A DNA stretch of 64,000 nt, from NCBI GenBank assembly GCA_977030845.1, contig OZ365116.1, forward strand, positions 13,516,001 through 13,580,000, read 5' to 3'. Below are positions 14,000 to 26,069 of the stretch, in pieces; the stretch's first letter is position 1; each line of letters opens with the position of its first letter. The translations under genes were made by a program, and so were the position numbers. This stretch comes from Fimbriosthenelais zetlandica. Lineage: Eukaryota. The notes beneath the pieces were generated by a model. That model was not told the DNA's origin. It ran no database searches and was given only the letters and a program-made list of their open reading frames with translations.

Positions 14000-15400
14000 G
14001 GTTGAGTTAAGATTATTTATGATCTTGTACACAATCCCACAGGGCGTGCATATCCCAGGCATCCAACCTGCTGGCCCCACCCTCCTTGCCATCGAGGTGT
14101 TAAGCGGAAGTCCCTCTGCCATTCTCATAATGTGCATGTCCACACTTGGGGTGGCCATTACCCGTGTCACTGACCATCCAGCAGTGACCCCCCTCCATAA
14201 GAACATTAACAATGTTAACTGGACATTTGACATGATTAGCCTAACCCCCCAGTGTCTGCCAATGCCCTGTTTTCCTAAGTGTTTAGTACGTTTAATGGCC
14301 ACTCACGGGGGCCCTTATTGGTCTGGGGGCGTTTGGGGGAAGTGACCATCATGGGTTGGCCAGCCGTTCTCTTGACCAATATGCTGCTAACATAACAAGG
14401 GGTTACACTAATACACCTCTTCACTGTGAACTTTGCCCGACCTGTGCTCGAGAGGAGCACATTCCATGAATGGCGAGGCTGTGACTTTTATTATGGGCCA
14501 AGCGTGGAGGTGTTGACAGGTGGAAAGCCAGCCTTGTAAATTTACTCCTGTCAATTGTAATATCAATTTTACCCATCCGAATTGCAGAACCGAATTGCTT
14601 TTATATCATGAACGAGTTGCATTCAACAATTGATGGGAAGGAAAACTACACAACTCACAAACTTATTGAGGCTAATCTTGGCGTCTTCTTTGACATCAAA
14701 GAAGCTTTTGATGTATTTTACCTGTTCCACACCATAAGGTCCTCTTTCTTGACAGTCATTTGACCCTATGTTAAGGGATTCCCTCGTCGCCCATTCATCC
14801 CCTGCTCAAGTCAATATGTCTGACCATCCGCAGTAACTTGTGCTCCTTTGAGACTGAGGGCAACAAACAGTGGCGTTCCGCAAGGGTGCCTCCTTACCCC
14901 AGTGCTATATGGCTCTTGTTTCGCCAGCCCCATTCATTGTGAAACCCTAGAAGTCTGTGAGATGCTAACGTATTGTTTCTCTATGAGTACCCTGAGGGGG
15001 GATATATAGATCTTGAAAGAATACACACAGAAGGACCCCAGGAAGAATTCACAACTGGAGCGTTAAGTATTTAATCAAATCAATCTGCTAATTGTGAATG
15101 CATATTCCAGGGGACCCAGCCTCTTGCTGCAGCCTGGATGAAGGGGATCAATGATGTATATGGAAGCCCTAGTTGGCATGGAAACTGGCAAAGGTGGGCT
15201 TTTCTTTTAAGGGAAGGGGGATTTGAAGCTGGTACAAAGGTATACCCCCTCTGGTGAAGAGGGAGGTTTCAATTATTTGGTTGGAATGAGAAGAGGATGT
15301 AGAGGATAGGACCTAAGCATCCATGTGGAAAATGGGTCTGCTTGTAGTACCACCTTTCAGCATACTTGTGCCAGTATGTAGGGGAGGGGGGTAAGTTCAT
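14000..15400 (+). mobile_element. Decayed LINE ORF2 fossil (endonuclease end plus RT)
   Basis: VTDH..V...VNW (~14170; cf. SDH...W), GVFFDIKEAFD (~14680-14712), NSGVPQGCLLTPVLY (~14867-14910; cf. GVPQG..LSP.LF), DANVLF (~14960; cf. DDT.LF). Confidence 0.55.
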
Positions 15401-16690
15401 TTAGCTGGTTTCATTCTATTTGGAAGCAATCCCATTTGAGGCCTTGGAAGAAAAAAAAATCTGCTTCAAATGTGACGTTGTCCTTTTGATGATGGCGCGA
15501 TGTGAGAATAGGGTGGGTCGGGGCGGTGTTCATGAAGGTAAGATTTGTAAGTTTGTAACAGCATATGGTTGCCAGAGTTAAAAAGGTGAGCTATTCATGC
15601 AGCTGCGTGCAAGCGGAAGTTGAACTTCCTCTAGCATAAAATTGCCCCTTGTTGGCAAAGCTTTACTCCTCTGTTTGCGTCATTGAAGAAAACTGTTTGA
15701 TATCAATGCTCGGCCCTCTTTTAAAAGTGAATATAATTGATAAAAGCAAGTGAACGATGACGAAGTGGGCGTGACCAAAAATGTTAAAAAACATTGATTT
15801 TTTTGTTTACGTTTTTGGGGGAGGAGGTTTACAGTCACATAAGTCATGAGGAGCTCATTGTGTTATGCAACCTTGCCTATTCACTTGTAATTTTTTGGCT
15901 AATGAAAAAATTGGGAAACAAGTCATCCATCTATCAGCAGTTAATTTTAAGAATAAAAAGAACCAAGAAAAACGGAATCCTAGCGGACAAAGGCTGGATC
16001 TTTGGGGCATTGCTTTTTTCAAGAGGAAAGTTCAGGGCTTTTAAAGGGAAACAAAAGCTCACAAAAATGGATTCATTTTGGTGTGACGATTTTCAGTCGG
16101 GTAATTATCCCTGCACCAAGTATCAATCCACTTGATAATCCAGCAGATTGTGTTGCTTGATTTGGCCATGTTGGACCTGGAAAGCTGACTTTAAACCCAG
16201 TGATCCTCAGAGCTTTGAAGCACAACAGTGATGTAACCCGGGGCCCATTCTCCCTCACGCATGTCCATGTGGTTACCTTGGAGACCAGCGGAAGCTGGCT
16301 GAGCCGTCTTCCGCTTGTAATGTGCGCTTAATAAGTTCGCCGCCTGGTGTCACTCTGAGAGAGCGACTTAAGCCTTGCAAAGCTAGCGGCGAGATGCGCT
16401 TCATCGCGGCCCTGGATGCACCGCGGTGTGTGATGCATCGCGCACGCGCAGGAGCTTCTCATGGTTATCTCTGTGTACTATGGGAGGTCAGCATCGCCTG
16501 GAGGACAACCTGGAGTCTCCAGTGCCTGGGGACCGGGTAGGATCATGTTACAGTCATGGTCAGTCAATAATCATTGCGACGTCACGGGCAGGGTGGGAAG
16601 GGCTCACCGGAAGGTCGAGACCTGTCCACCCCGCCACACGTGCCCGCTGCCCGCGGTCTTACCCCGCACAAACCCGATTGTCTCCTCCAT

Positions 16691-16704
16691 CCACCAGAGG
16701 TCGC
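16691..16704 (+). promoter_or_regulatory. CTCF-like motif in a CpG-rich patch (about 16260-16760)
   Basis: ccaccagaggtcgc, one mismatch to CCACCAGAGGGCGC. Confidence 0.35.
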
Positions 16705-17654
16705 CCCGCTGGCCTAGCTGCCATAAGCAGCCATTACTGGACGCTGATTGGTGAAGAGACAAAGGCGACAATGCCATCAAAGTAACGTAGTGTCTAAGGT
16801 GCAACAATAACACAAAGATGGCAGGTCAAGGCAAGAGGGTCGGTTAACCACTTGGAGGTTTGACAAGGAGCAGGCCTAAACCAACATGGCAGTAGGGTTC
16901 CCGGGGGCTCCGGGCAAGATGACGGGGTTAAAAACGTCTTGACAAAGTGAGCAAGGGTTTGGTCATGTGGAAAACGTGTCCATATAGAAATTGAGTGGTG
17001 CTGTTGCAGCTGACAATCATCAAGATTGTATGAAAGATGACAATAGAAATGATGCTTTGTCTAAAGGTTGTGCTGCTGATTTATGCATTTCCCTTGCCCA
17101 TCAATCTTTAATAATTAATATAGTTCATAAGTATGTTTGTTTTCTCCAGACTCACGAAACATGAAATGAAGAAAGCACAATCGGCCTCAAGATTAATTGC
17201 AATCTTGGTATTAATATTCATATATTCAAGCACATTATATTAAGTAGCTTACTCAACAGGAAAGAATCCCTATTTAAATTATACATGAATGCCTTTCTCG
17301 CTTTATTTTTTTGAGAAAAAATATCCCATCCACCAGCTGTTGAGGGGGTCTTCTGGAAAGAAAAGCCTTTAGAATGGTTGAAAATTATTACAAAGTTGCC
17401 CGACTGTACTGAGGTGATAACATTCCAGTGGTGGCTATGTTGTGGCCCACTGCCTCCCCGCTCCTCCACACCATATGCATATCAGAAGAGGCAATCTCCC
17501 TGCCTTTCAATATAAATCCTTCCAATCCCATTCACCGCTTGTCACTGAGCGCCTCCCCACGGGAGTTAAGAGAGGGGCTCACCGAGTGATGAATGGACTC
17601 GGGAGTCAAGGTGACTGGTGGGAAGAGAATAATAGGCCAGTCTCAAGGACTGTG

Positions 17655-17740
17655 TTAATCGGCCGCCGATTGCATCAGACTTACTCAATGACATCATCTC
17701 TATAAATAGATCTATTGCCCCCAAAGGTCTATTAGTTATA
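17655..17740 (+). promoter_or_regulatory. Core-promoter-like cassette with no evident gene
   Basis: Palindrome aatcggc-c-gccgatt, TGACATCA (variant CRE/AP-1) at 17689, TATAAATAG at 17701, and Inr-like TTAGTT about 33 nt downstream. Confidence 0.3.
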
Positions 17741-18899
17741 TTGTTGGCAGCAGACATGAGACGCTTGTAGGAGTTGAGTGATTTTTTTTTGTCAGAAGAG
17801 CCCATATGTTAAGTGAAGATGTTCAGCAAAAAAAAATGAAAATGCTCACACTTCAAAAGTTGTTCTGAAGTGTTGTGTTTTGATCGCTTAGAAGGCATTC
17901 CAGAGGCGTACGTCATTGCATAATTTGTAGAAATATTGATCTCTAGTGTGGAAAACACAGATCAAGATCTTTACTCTGATTCTTAATGTGTAATGATCAT
18001 GTAAGCAATGTCAAGACTGTGGTAAATACAGGTCAATTAGGTATAAATATTAAGTAATGTGGAGGCATGAATCAAATATGTGACCTAAGGTCCACCATAA
18101 ATAATCCCTTCTCGCCTGTGACCACCACAGTGTTTACTGTAAGATAGATAACATTTACTTGGTGTGTTTGGGATGTCCCTTATTAAAGCCAGGACTGGCA
18201 AAGGGTTAATTACCGTGTTATCTACCCTCATGCACTCACCACCCCGCTACCAACTCCCCATATGCGGGTGGTCCCTCTAGTAATACCCCCAACTCCACCC
18301 CTTTCTCCTTCAGACATTATATCCTTGTCACATGTTTTAGCATTTTAGCATTTGCATTCATGTAGTCCATCGCAACCCTTTCCCCGCTTTTTCTTCCCTT
18401 TAAACAGTCCACTCGTAATCTCCTTTCGTCTATAGACTTATTACCGGCTGATCCCTATCGTTTGGATTAATGCAACGTTGACTAAAGGGATAAAATGTGG
18501 GGTTTTGTGTGTGCGACTTGCCATCTCCAGCCATGTGGTCGACTACGGTGGCTCATAAGTGGCTTTTGTTGCTGACTGCGGCTTGTTTGTTCCTTCTACA
18601 AGCTGTCAATCACCTGTCATATCTCATAGGCTCATCGCCCATTTTCACTTTTTAAAAAAACCTTTGATCGAATTTTGTTTTTGATTGAAAAAAGCAAACT
18701 GATTTGGACCCCTCACCAAACACTTTAACTTCTAAAAGCTTCAATTTAATCCTCCTTTAAATTTTGTCCCTTGATTTTGGACATCGATTTTGCATTTGCA
18801 TCGTTCAAGGACCACTTATAGAGTTGTTATTCTTTATTCTTGATGTTCTCTATGAGAACTGTCAGATTTTATTCACCGACTGAGACCTCTTTACGAATA

Positions 18900-19150
18900 C
18901 TCCTTGATCAGACTTCACCATCCTTTCGACATGGAATAATTGTATCAATATTCATCAATCGACAAACATAACATTTAACTCTTTACACATTTCCCCTCGC
19001 CCAGTTTGGCCCCTTGCGATCAATTTTAATAAAAGTGTCTTCAAAGCTGGATAGAATCCATTATAAAGACACCTACATGGCTATCTGCACTTCCTCAATG
19101 CCCCAATCCAATTGTCTCGCTTTCTGTAAAGAAGCCCATTCATTTAGGCT
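18900..19150 (-). mobile_element. Possible LINE apurinic-endonuclease fossil
   Basis: FIKIDRKGQTGRGG (~19040-19000) resembles the RKDR...GGGV motif of APE domains. Confidence 0.3.
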
Positions 19151-19749
19151 CGTCCCTTGATAAGCTTACTTTAGCCACCGTAATGGCCATAAAGGTCCGT
19201 TTAGCTGACCCTAATATAATGTCCACCTTATGGAATGGTCACTCTGACACCTGTCCACATCATTGTCAACACCGACTGACCATTTCTAAAAACGTCACCA
19301 TAGCGACACCCTCGTAAAGATCCCCCTATTTAGGTTTGGTGTGCTCAGAGGGGAGGCAAACAATTGAGTTAAAACGCTGTAAACATTGATCACTGCTTGG
19401 ATTCACATATCCACATGGCTGTTTATCCGTGTTATCCCCCACTAAACTAATTTACTCTCCCATTTCTAAAAAGAATCTGTTGTGACAAATATTGTGTTAA
19501 AGGATGGGCTGTCATCGTCCTAGAAACAATTATTGGTCCACCACTGGCCATTTGGGCAATTCATATTGTAGTGAACACTGAAGTATTTTATGACCCTTGC
19601 AGTAATTTGGCCTATATTGGAGGGGCTATTTATAGGTTTTATTGTCGTATAATGACTTATTTATGACCATAATATCTGCTAATCGCAATGAAGTGTGTCA
19701 CTTTGGCAAGGATCAAGCTTATTGAAAGATCATCGAAAGTAGAATATAC

Positions 19750-20360
19750 CGTTATGGTGTTTGACACAAGAATAAGACAACAATACAACGGCAAGACAAT
19801 TATTAAATGACTAGACGAAATTGAATTGAGCAAGATACAATATTCTAAGTCGGATAGCAGGAAAGGGAGGGTCCCAAAGGCCGGGTCCCAAGGGAGCTTT
19901 TATGGGATTGTCTCCCATGGCCTGACATATAATGAGTTGCAACGCACCGTCATTGTTTCAACAGGTTACAAGTTTTACCTGCCGTTTTCTACTCTCCAAT
20001 ATAGGAGAGTTCCATTCCTTATCATTGCCTTGTTGGTCTATCTTACATGCAAACACAGCATGCAATAAAATAAATATAGGTAATCTGACTGTGCTTAACA
20101 TATTCCTTAATTAGTTTACTAACTGCATTGTTCTTGGCCAGAGGAAAAGGCTGGTGGAAGTTTCACTCTGATAAGCCATTGTATTGAGTCTTCTTAAAGG
20201 GGCGGATGTTTACAGTTGGAGAATGGCTAATGTTTGATACAGCTGTTTTAACAGGGAACTGCCACTGTTGAATATCCCACCACTCATATTGCCCACCTAT
20301 TTATACCCAGGCTAATTATCTTCCTCCCATCTAATGGCGTCTGGGTGTCAGGAACCATCT
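19750..20360 (+). mobile_element. Possible LINE RT fossil
   Basis: GSQGSFYG...TYNEL (19880-19940) resembles GVPQGS.LGP.LF.IYINDL. LFIPRL..L.SNGVW (~20300-20345) resembles LV.P.L.Y...VW. Confidence 0.3.
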
Positions 20361-20849
20361 AATTGCAGCCATTTAAGACAATAGCTTATCCCCCCTTCAG
20401 AGCGTTCAATATCCAGGCCTTGATCCTTCAGTGTCAACCAAACTTTGTATGTAACAATGTCCAGCATAGTGTCAATGACTGACCAGTGTCCGGAGTGGGG
20501 GGAGGAGGAGGGCCCTAGGGGGGATGGCCAAACAGACGCTGTGGGCGCAGCTGGTTTTAGAGGCGGCTATCAGATGGACATTGAGTGACCATTGGTGATT
20601 ACCTGGGATATAGCCTGCAGGTATGCTCGACTCGTGTCCACTCCATCATTGTCCAGGGGGGATTCAAGGGTGGACTTTACACCTGCACTGACCATACACC
20701 GACCAAAGCTTGACCACTGATGAAATGCATGAGAGATCCCTTCATTAGGAACCCTAAACCCTAAACTGCTCAACAGTTTAGGGTTCTGTCAAATTCTCTT
20801 AAATTCACATGAAGAAGAAATCATGAGAATTAAGATATGCAATTTCCAA

Positions 20850-21180
20850 GTCATCTCAGGTATAAATGATCCACAATCTATTTCCTGTTGCCTTGGAAAT
20901 TGAACAATACTCATTGTTTGACTAATTGCAAACCGCTTAAGTTACTCAACAATTGTCTTATGCAGTATTACATCTCCTAAAGTGAACAACCTCTAAACCT
21001 ATATCTATCCCAGCGAATAAAGCTGCCATTATTGGGTTCAGAAAGGTATATTGGCAATTGATTAGAGGTCGTGAGAAGGACTTTCCCTTTTCCCTGTATA
21101 CACTTGAAGGCTTCACCAACTGGACTGTAAAACTGTCATCGGTATAATGCTTACGCCAAAGGAAAGTAGGCGTTTCCACT
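20850..21180 (-). mobile_element. Penelope-like element RT fossil
   Basis: LWRKHYTDDSFTV matches the W.RYVDDTF.I catalytic motif of Penelope-like RTs. It is followed by LIN...FLN...LFAGIDI...HFRR (cf. LN..H..I.FT.E....L.FLD.....VYRK). Confidence 0.45.
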
Positions 21181-24073
21181 CACCTGTCACATGCCTCTTG
21201 AAAAGGTCCATCATCCTAACATATTTCTATGATATGATGAGATTATTGCTACAGAATTGTACTGAAAATACCAATTTGTGTTTATCAATTTAAAAAAAGA
21301 GGAAATGGTCAACCTTTCCATTTGTAGGCCTTAATAGGCCTCAGTAACATATGGTACGCGCGACTCACTTGGTCACCCCGCTCCACCTGAGCCCCTAACT
21401 AGTTGCCGGTTACAAAAGCTTGACAAAAGATAGCGAAGAGATAATGATGTGTAATTTAATATTATTAGCTGCTTGACAAATCAAATAAAAGCCAGCCTCC
21501 CATCAGGTGACCTTTATATTAGATGTAAGTAGTTTAATGAAACCTTCGTTTAACTCGGGTTGGCTTTTATGCGGGTATTCTTTATTTTTAACAAAAATCA
21601 GCAAATCTTTTCCAATATTAACTTCTATAAGTAAATTAATTTAAACCTGATTTTAAAAACTCAGATTACAAGGAACGTCATTAATTCATTTAAGGTCTGG
21701 AAAGTCATATTTTTTTGGTCTTAGATGGAAAAAAATATTATCGGCTTGCCTTTAGGGTTTAAGGGTGTAATTTAGCAAACCAATTGACATCAGTCCAAGT
21801 TGGTGCCTTTGATCATCTCCACCATTATAATGGATGTCATCATACTCACCTCATTGTCAATCGCCAGCCCAGCACGTTTTTTTTCCTTACGGCTAATGGA
21901 ATCAGCAGTTATAGGTAAGGGTTGGCGATGACAGTCTAAATTGTTTTCAGGTTGTGAAATTTGATACAGTTTAAGTGGAAGTGGTAGAAGGGTTTGGGCT
22001 TTGATCGTTCTGCTCGCCTTGGGTTGTCATTAATGTGCGGGAGTTAAAGGGTACACTATGGGAAAGGGTTTGATGGATTTGATGAGCTACTATCAGGAAG
22101 AATGGGTTATACTGGGTGCCATATGGGTTTTGGGTTCATCAGTGATGAAATAGCTGTAATTGCCCATGAATAACTAATAAGTAATAAGTGATATGTATAT
22201 ATTTACACCCAATTACAATCCCTGCCTTCTCATCAGTGCTTATTATATCATAGTCACCATATGGATACAAGTATATTTTTTTTCTTACGTGAATTCATGT
22301 TAAACCAAAACCATACCATTTTTTTCTCACAATTTTAATGCAAAATTAAATATTTAAGTTTTTCTAAATGAACGGTCATTAGGCCATCTAGTTTGTTCCC
22401 TTTTAATTGAAGATTTAGTTGCTTTTCAATCAGATTAAATTTTGGATAGTTAAATCAATATTCCATGCATTATACAATGCTCTATTGTTATTCAACCAGC
22501 CAATGTATAGAGACTTTTCATGCGTTATGAGCATTAAGAGTGGGGCACACTCATGTGACGAGCACTGATCTATTGTCTCTAAAATAAACCACTCATCCAC
22601 AACCGAGCTGCACTGGTTTCAATCTAAAACAATAAGCTGTCGATTTTTGACTCCCTACTTTTGACATCTTCTCCCTGAAATCATTTGGCAGGCCTAATCA
22701 TGATTAGATGACCCCCTTTGGGGTATAATCAATTTCCACCTGCGTTTGACACGGATAATTAGAGAACAATTAGCCAGGAGAAGAGCGGAACCGGAACCCC
22801 GACTAAAAACAACTCAAAGCGGTTATTTGTAGGTAACAAAACACCCCTCGTAAAAATCAACAAGCTGCACTTAGTTTTTCTAAGGGAGGAGTAGTGGTCA
22901 TCCATGACACGTGTCCAGCAGGTCACTGACCACTGCTAGTGGACACAAGTGGACACTCGGATGTCACTGAGGTGGACATCACACCCTGAGTTGGTGGTCA
23001 GTGGATGTCGGGTTCGATTTCCACTTTAGAGTGACCACTAGGATGGGTTGGTGGTCATTGAGATGGAGTATGGGGGTGGACTGAAGGCACTTGTTTGGAG
23101 TGGACTCATAGGGGCCGTACTTTGGTTGACATTGATATATTAATGGATGTCTATTTGATATAGGATAATAACTACATTGTAATTAATGTTTATTGATAAA
23201 AAGTCAATCAAAAGTGACTCATTGACAATGAAAAAACTGATCTTTCTCACATATCAAAAGCAAAGACTTTGGAACTGCATGCTACCTTGTTTTAAACATC
23301 CCAATGAACTACATCAATGAACAAATAGTGTAGGCCTAGTTCTCCAACGCATTTAGTTGCAGTTCGAAAAGAGACGACTTAGCAATGAAACCTGACGGCA
23401 AGTTTACGAACAAAAACAGTTGGAAAAGAGAGTGCCCCGACTAAAGACAGTATATAGCTTAGAGTAAAATGAACATAGCAAGAGTATATTAAGAGATATG
23501 ACTGCATTTGGTCATTAAAGTTTTCTTTCCCGTGAGCTAATTAAAGCACAATGTGCCCCCATGGGGGACTTTAAACAAGGGGATGCCACATTGTAACCAA
23601 TCTCATAAGCGGAGATCATCGCTTCATCATATTATCCATTGACTTCCATAATGACCACTGTTGTTATGACCACACCCAGTGGTCATCTTCCAGCCATCAC
23701 TGACCACCTCCATGGTAGAGGTCAGATGTCATGTACACATCCCTGACCACTGGTCACTTTGAGTATTATTAAGTCTCAGATAATCAAGAATAACTGGCCA
23801 TGGCATGACCTTAGAGTGGCCTGCCACTGGTCAAGCTTATACGGGTGGTCTGATGACCACAGGTACTGACCACCGCTCTCGGACAGTGGTCAGTTTTATG
23901 GGGTTAAAGGTGAGTAGTTGGCAGGTGAAAGGTCAATGGATTCTTCATAGTGGCACCCTAGGCGTTGTCAGCTTTAATACTAGTTGATCTGATGAGTCGA
24001 GGTTTTGTTTGTGAATGCTTGACTCGATGCCGGCTATGGATTTAGTGTATATATTCTCTATTGATTTATTATT

Positions 24074-24106
24074 CCTAATATGATCATATTTCTTTTTCAG
24101 GTAAGT
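24074..24106 (+). other. Candidate recursive splice site
   Basis: cctaat (branch-like) ... atatttctttttcAG|GTAAGT. The acceptor tract is nearly identical to the real Bak exon acceptor (tttctttttcag, 54871-54882). Confidence 0.45.
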
Positions 24107-26069
24107 ACATGACACATTGAAGACGGCAGTGGCAGGTATTTATAAATATATTATTTACCACTCTAGATATAAATCTAGGCTGGCAAAAATGCATCGTTTA
24201 TTGATTATGCTACAAACATTTTAAGGTTAGTTTTTTTTCGTATTTTTACCATCTCGCCCTTTCGATCAAAGGTCATTAAAACCTTAGGCTTTTAGGGTCG
24301 GCTAATTTGCACCTCTTTAATGTATATACTTGGCCCATGCTGATTCAATTGCTGCCCTCTCAAGGGAGGCGCGAGGGGAGGGGCCTGACGAGCGACAGTC
24401 AGGACAAAGTGGTCAAGATGCCCCCTGTCCAGCGGGAGCAAGCGGTCAGCCGGCCACTGACCAATGGTCAAACCATAATTACATCAATGCCCGCCAGTCT
24501 AATGGTGGCAAGATGTATATTGAATGATACGGATTGTGGTAATTTATGAGTTTGTGAACAAGGGACCTTTTTAATGGCGCCCCGGCATAGTGTTCCTCAA
24601 ATTGGATGAGTCAGCCATTTAAGGACAATAAATCACAATATTTCCACCCTGCCCTGTCTTTTTTAGCCTCAAATTTAGGTGTCCACAGGGCACGAGAGAT
24701 CGCTGATTTTGTGCACGGGAATTAGAGTGTTAATTAAATTGTTTGTATACAAAACAGTATATCTCATTTGATATTTGAACCATTTGAAGAGTTCAAAGTT
24801 CAAGCTTTATAGAGCAAGACTGTTTAAAACAATAGGGTTCAGTTAATTTCGACACTTGCTTTGACAAATTAGTGTCATGACCTCTTGTCTACCTAGACCA
24901 CCTGGGAATATACAGTCTAATACTAGATCTATTTAAAATGAATTTGTATACTGAAATAGATTGATGTATTTTATCCTCATTGTCTTATTGTTTAAGAGAT
25001 GAGAGAGATAGAGTATGAGAAGTAGAGTGGAATAGGTGATGATAAGCAACTCGATGTATGACCTGTCTGTCGCCATAAAGTGAGAATCAAGTTTCATGCA
25101 AGAGTAGCTTATTGTATGTGAGTACACCCAGACTGCCTTTCAAGTCACTCACATGCAAAGGACAAGTCCCTACCCCTTAATCATCTCCCACCCTAAAATG
25201 ATGACAATACTATACATTCTCCCTCAGTATAAAAGCAAAAAAGTAAAAAGGTTTTAGGCCAAAGGACTAAATGGTTTGTAATTATAAAAATGTGTATTTA
25301 TGAGAAAGAACTATTGTAGAAGTACACTGATGCATGGAGTTGAATTTCTTATACTGTCGGGTCTCCAATTCTCAATAGTTGTGACAGTCACTTTCCTATC
25401 AAAGTTTTCATCGATTAAGATGGCATGATTATGATACGATGACTGGAAACAATGGTTTTCCTTTTCTTACCCTATTATATACCAGCACGCGTCCCTTCTG
25501 CCATGCATGCTATCACCTATGTTCATCTGGTACCTCTTTATCATGCTGACAAAGATCCGATCCCATTCCCCTAAATGCCACCCATACACAGGCACCCATC
25601 CAACTAGTCATCCACCATTTATTTGAGAATATAATAGGCTGATTCCTTTTGGAAATCAGTAGAAGTTGGGCTTAGTGGTTAGTTCACAGATGCTGTTGAG
25701 GTCTAAACCCATACTTCTCTGATCCCTCGCCAACCCCTTTCCCCTTTCTCCCCCTAATCAATCAATAGGCCATGAATTAATTACCTTATGACAGCTTTTT
25801 CCTTTGATATTTGACAAGGCGATTGTCATAGTCCGACACCTCCTCTTCTCTTAACACTTAACTCCACCGGGATTAATTATATGCACGTGTTCTTCCTTCA
25901 TTACATACAATTAATTCCCTTTAATCTTATTAATGACCATACCAAAATATACCTCATTTTCTTCATATATATTCACCGCACGATGTATATACCCTTTGTG
26001 GAATTGCATCAGTTACCGACTCATAATTGTTTGATGATTACGAAGATAGATATCTAGACTCATATTTGC

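Noticed and set aside
15710-15730. Histone 3' stem-loop-like sequence (also 28155, 44155)
   Set aside because: The stems do not pair as GGYYCTTTTHAGRRCC and there is no histone ORF upstream.
20748-20768. Telomeric repeat (aaccctaaaccctaaac; also 28090)
   Set aside because: Only two units; not an array.
21183-21262. Minus-strand exon (tttcAG...cag|GTGAGT)
   Set aside because: Stops in all three frames and no supporting neighbouring exons.
22990-23022. tRNA/SINE A and B boxes (tggtggtcagtgg...ggttcgatttcc); similar weak cases at 25668-25712 and 50985
   Set aside because: Box spacing is too short and no cloverleaf can be formed.
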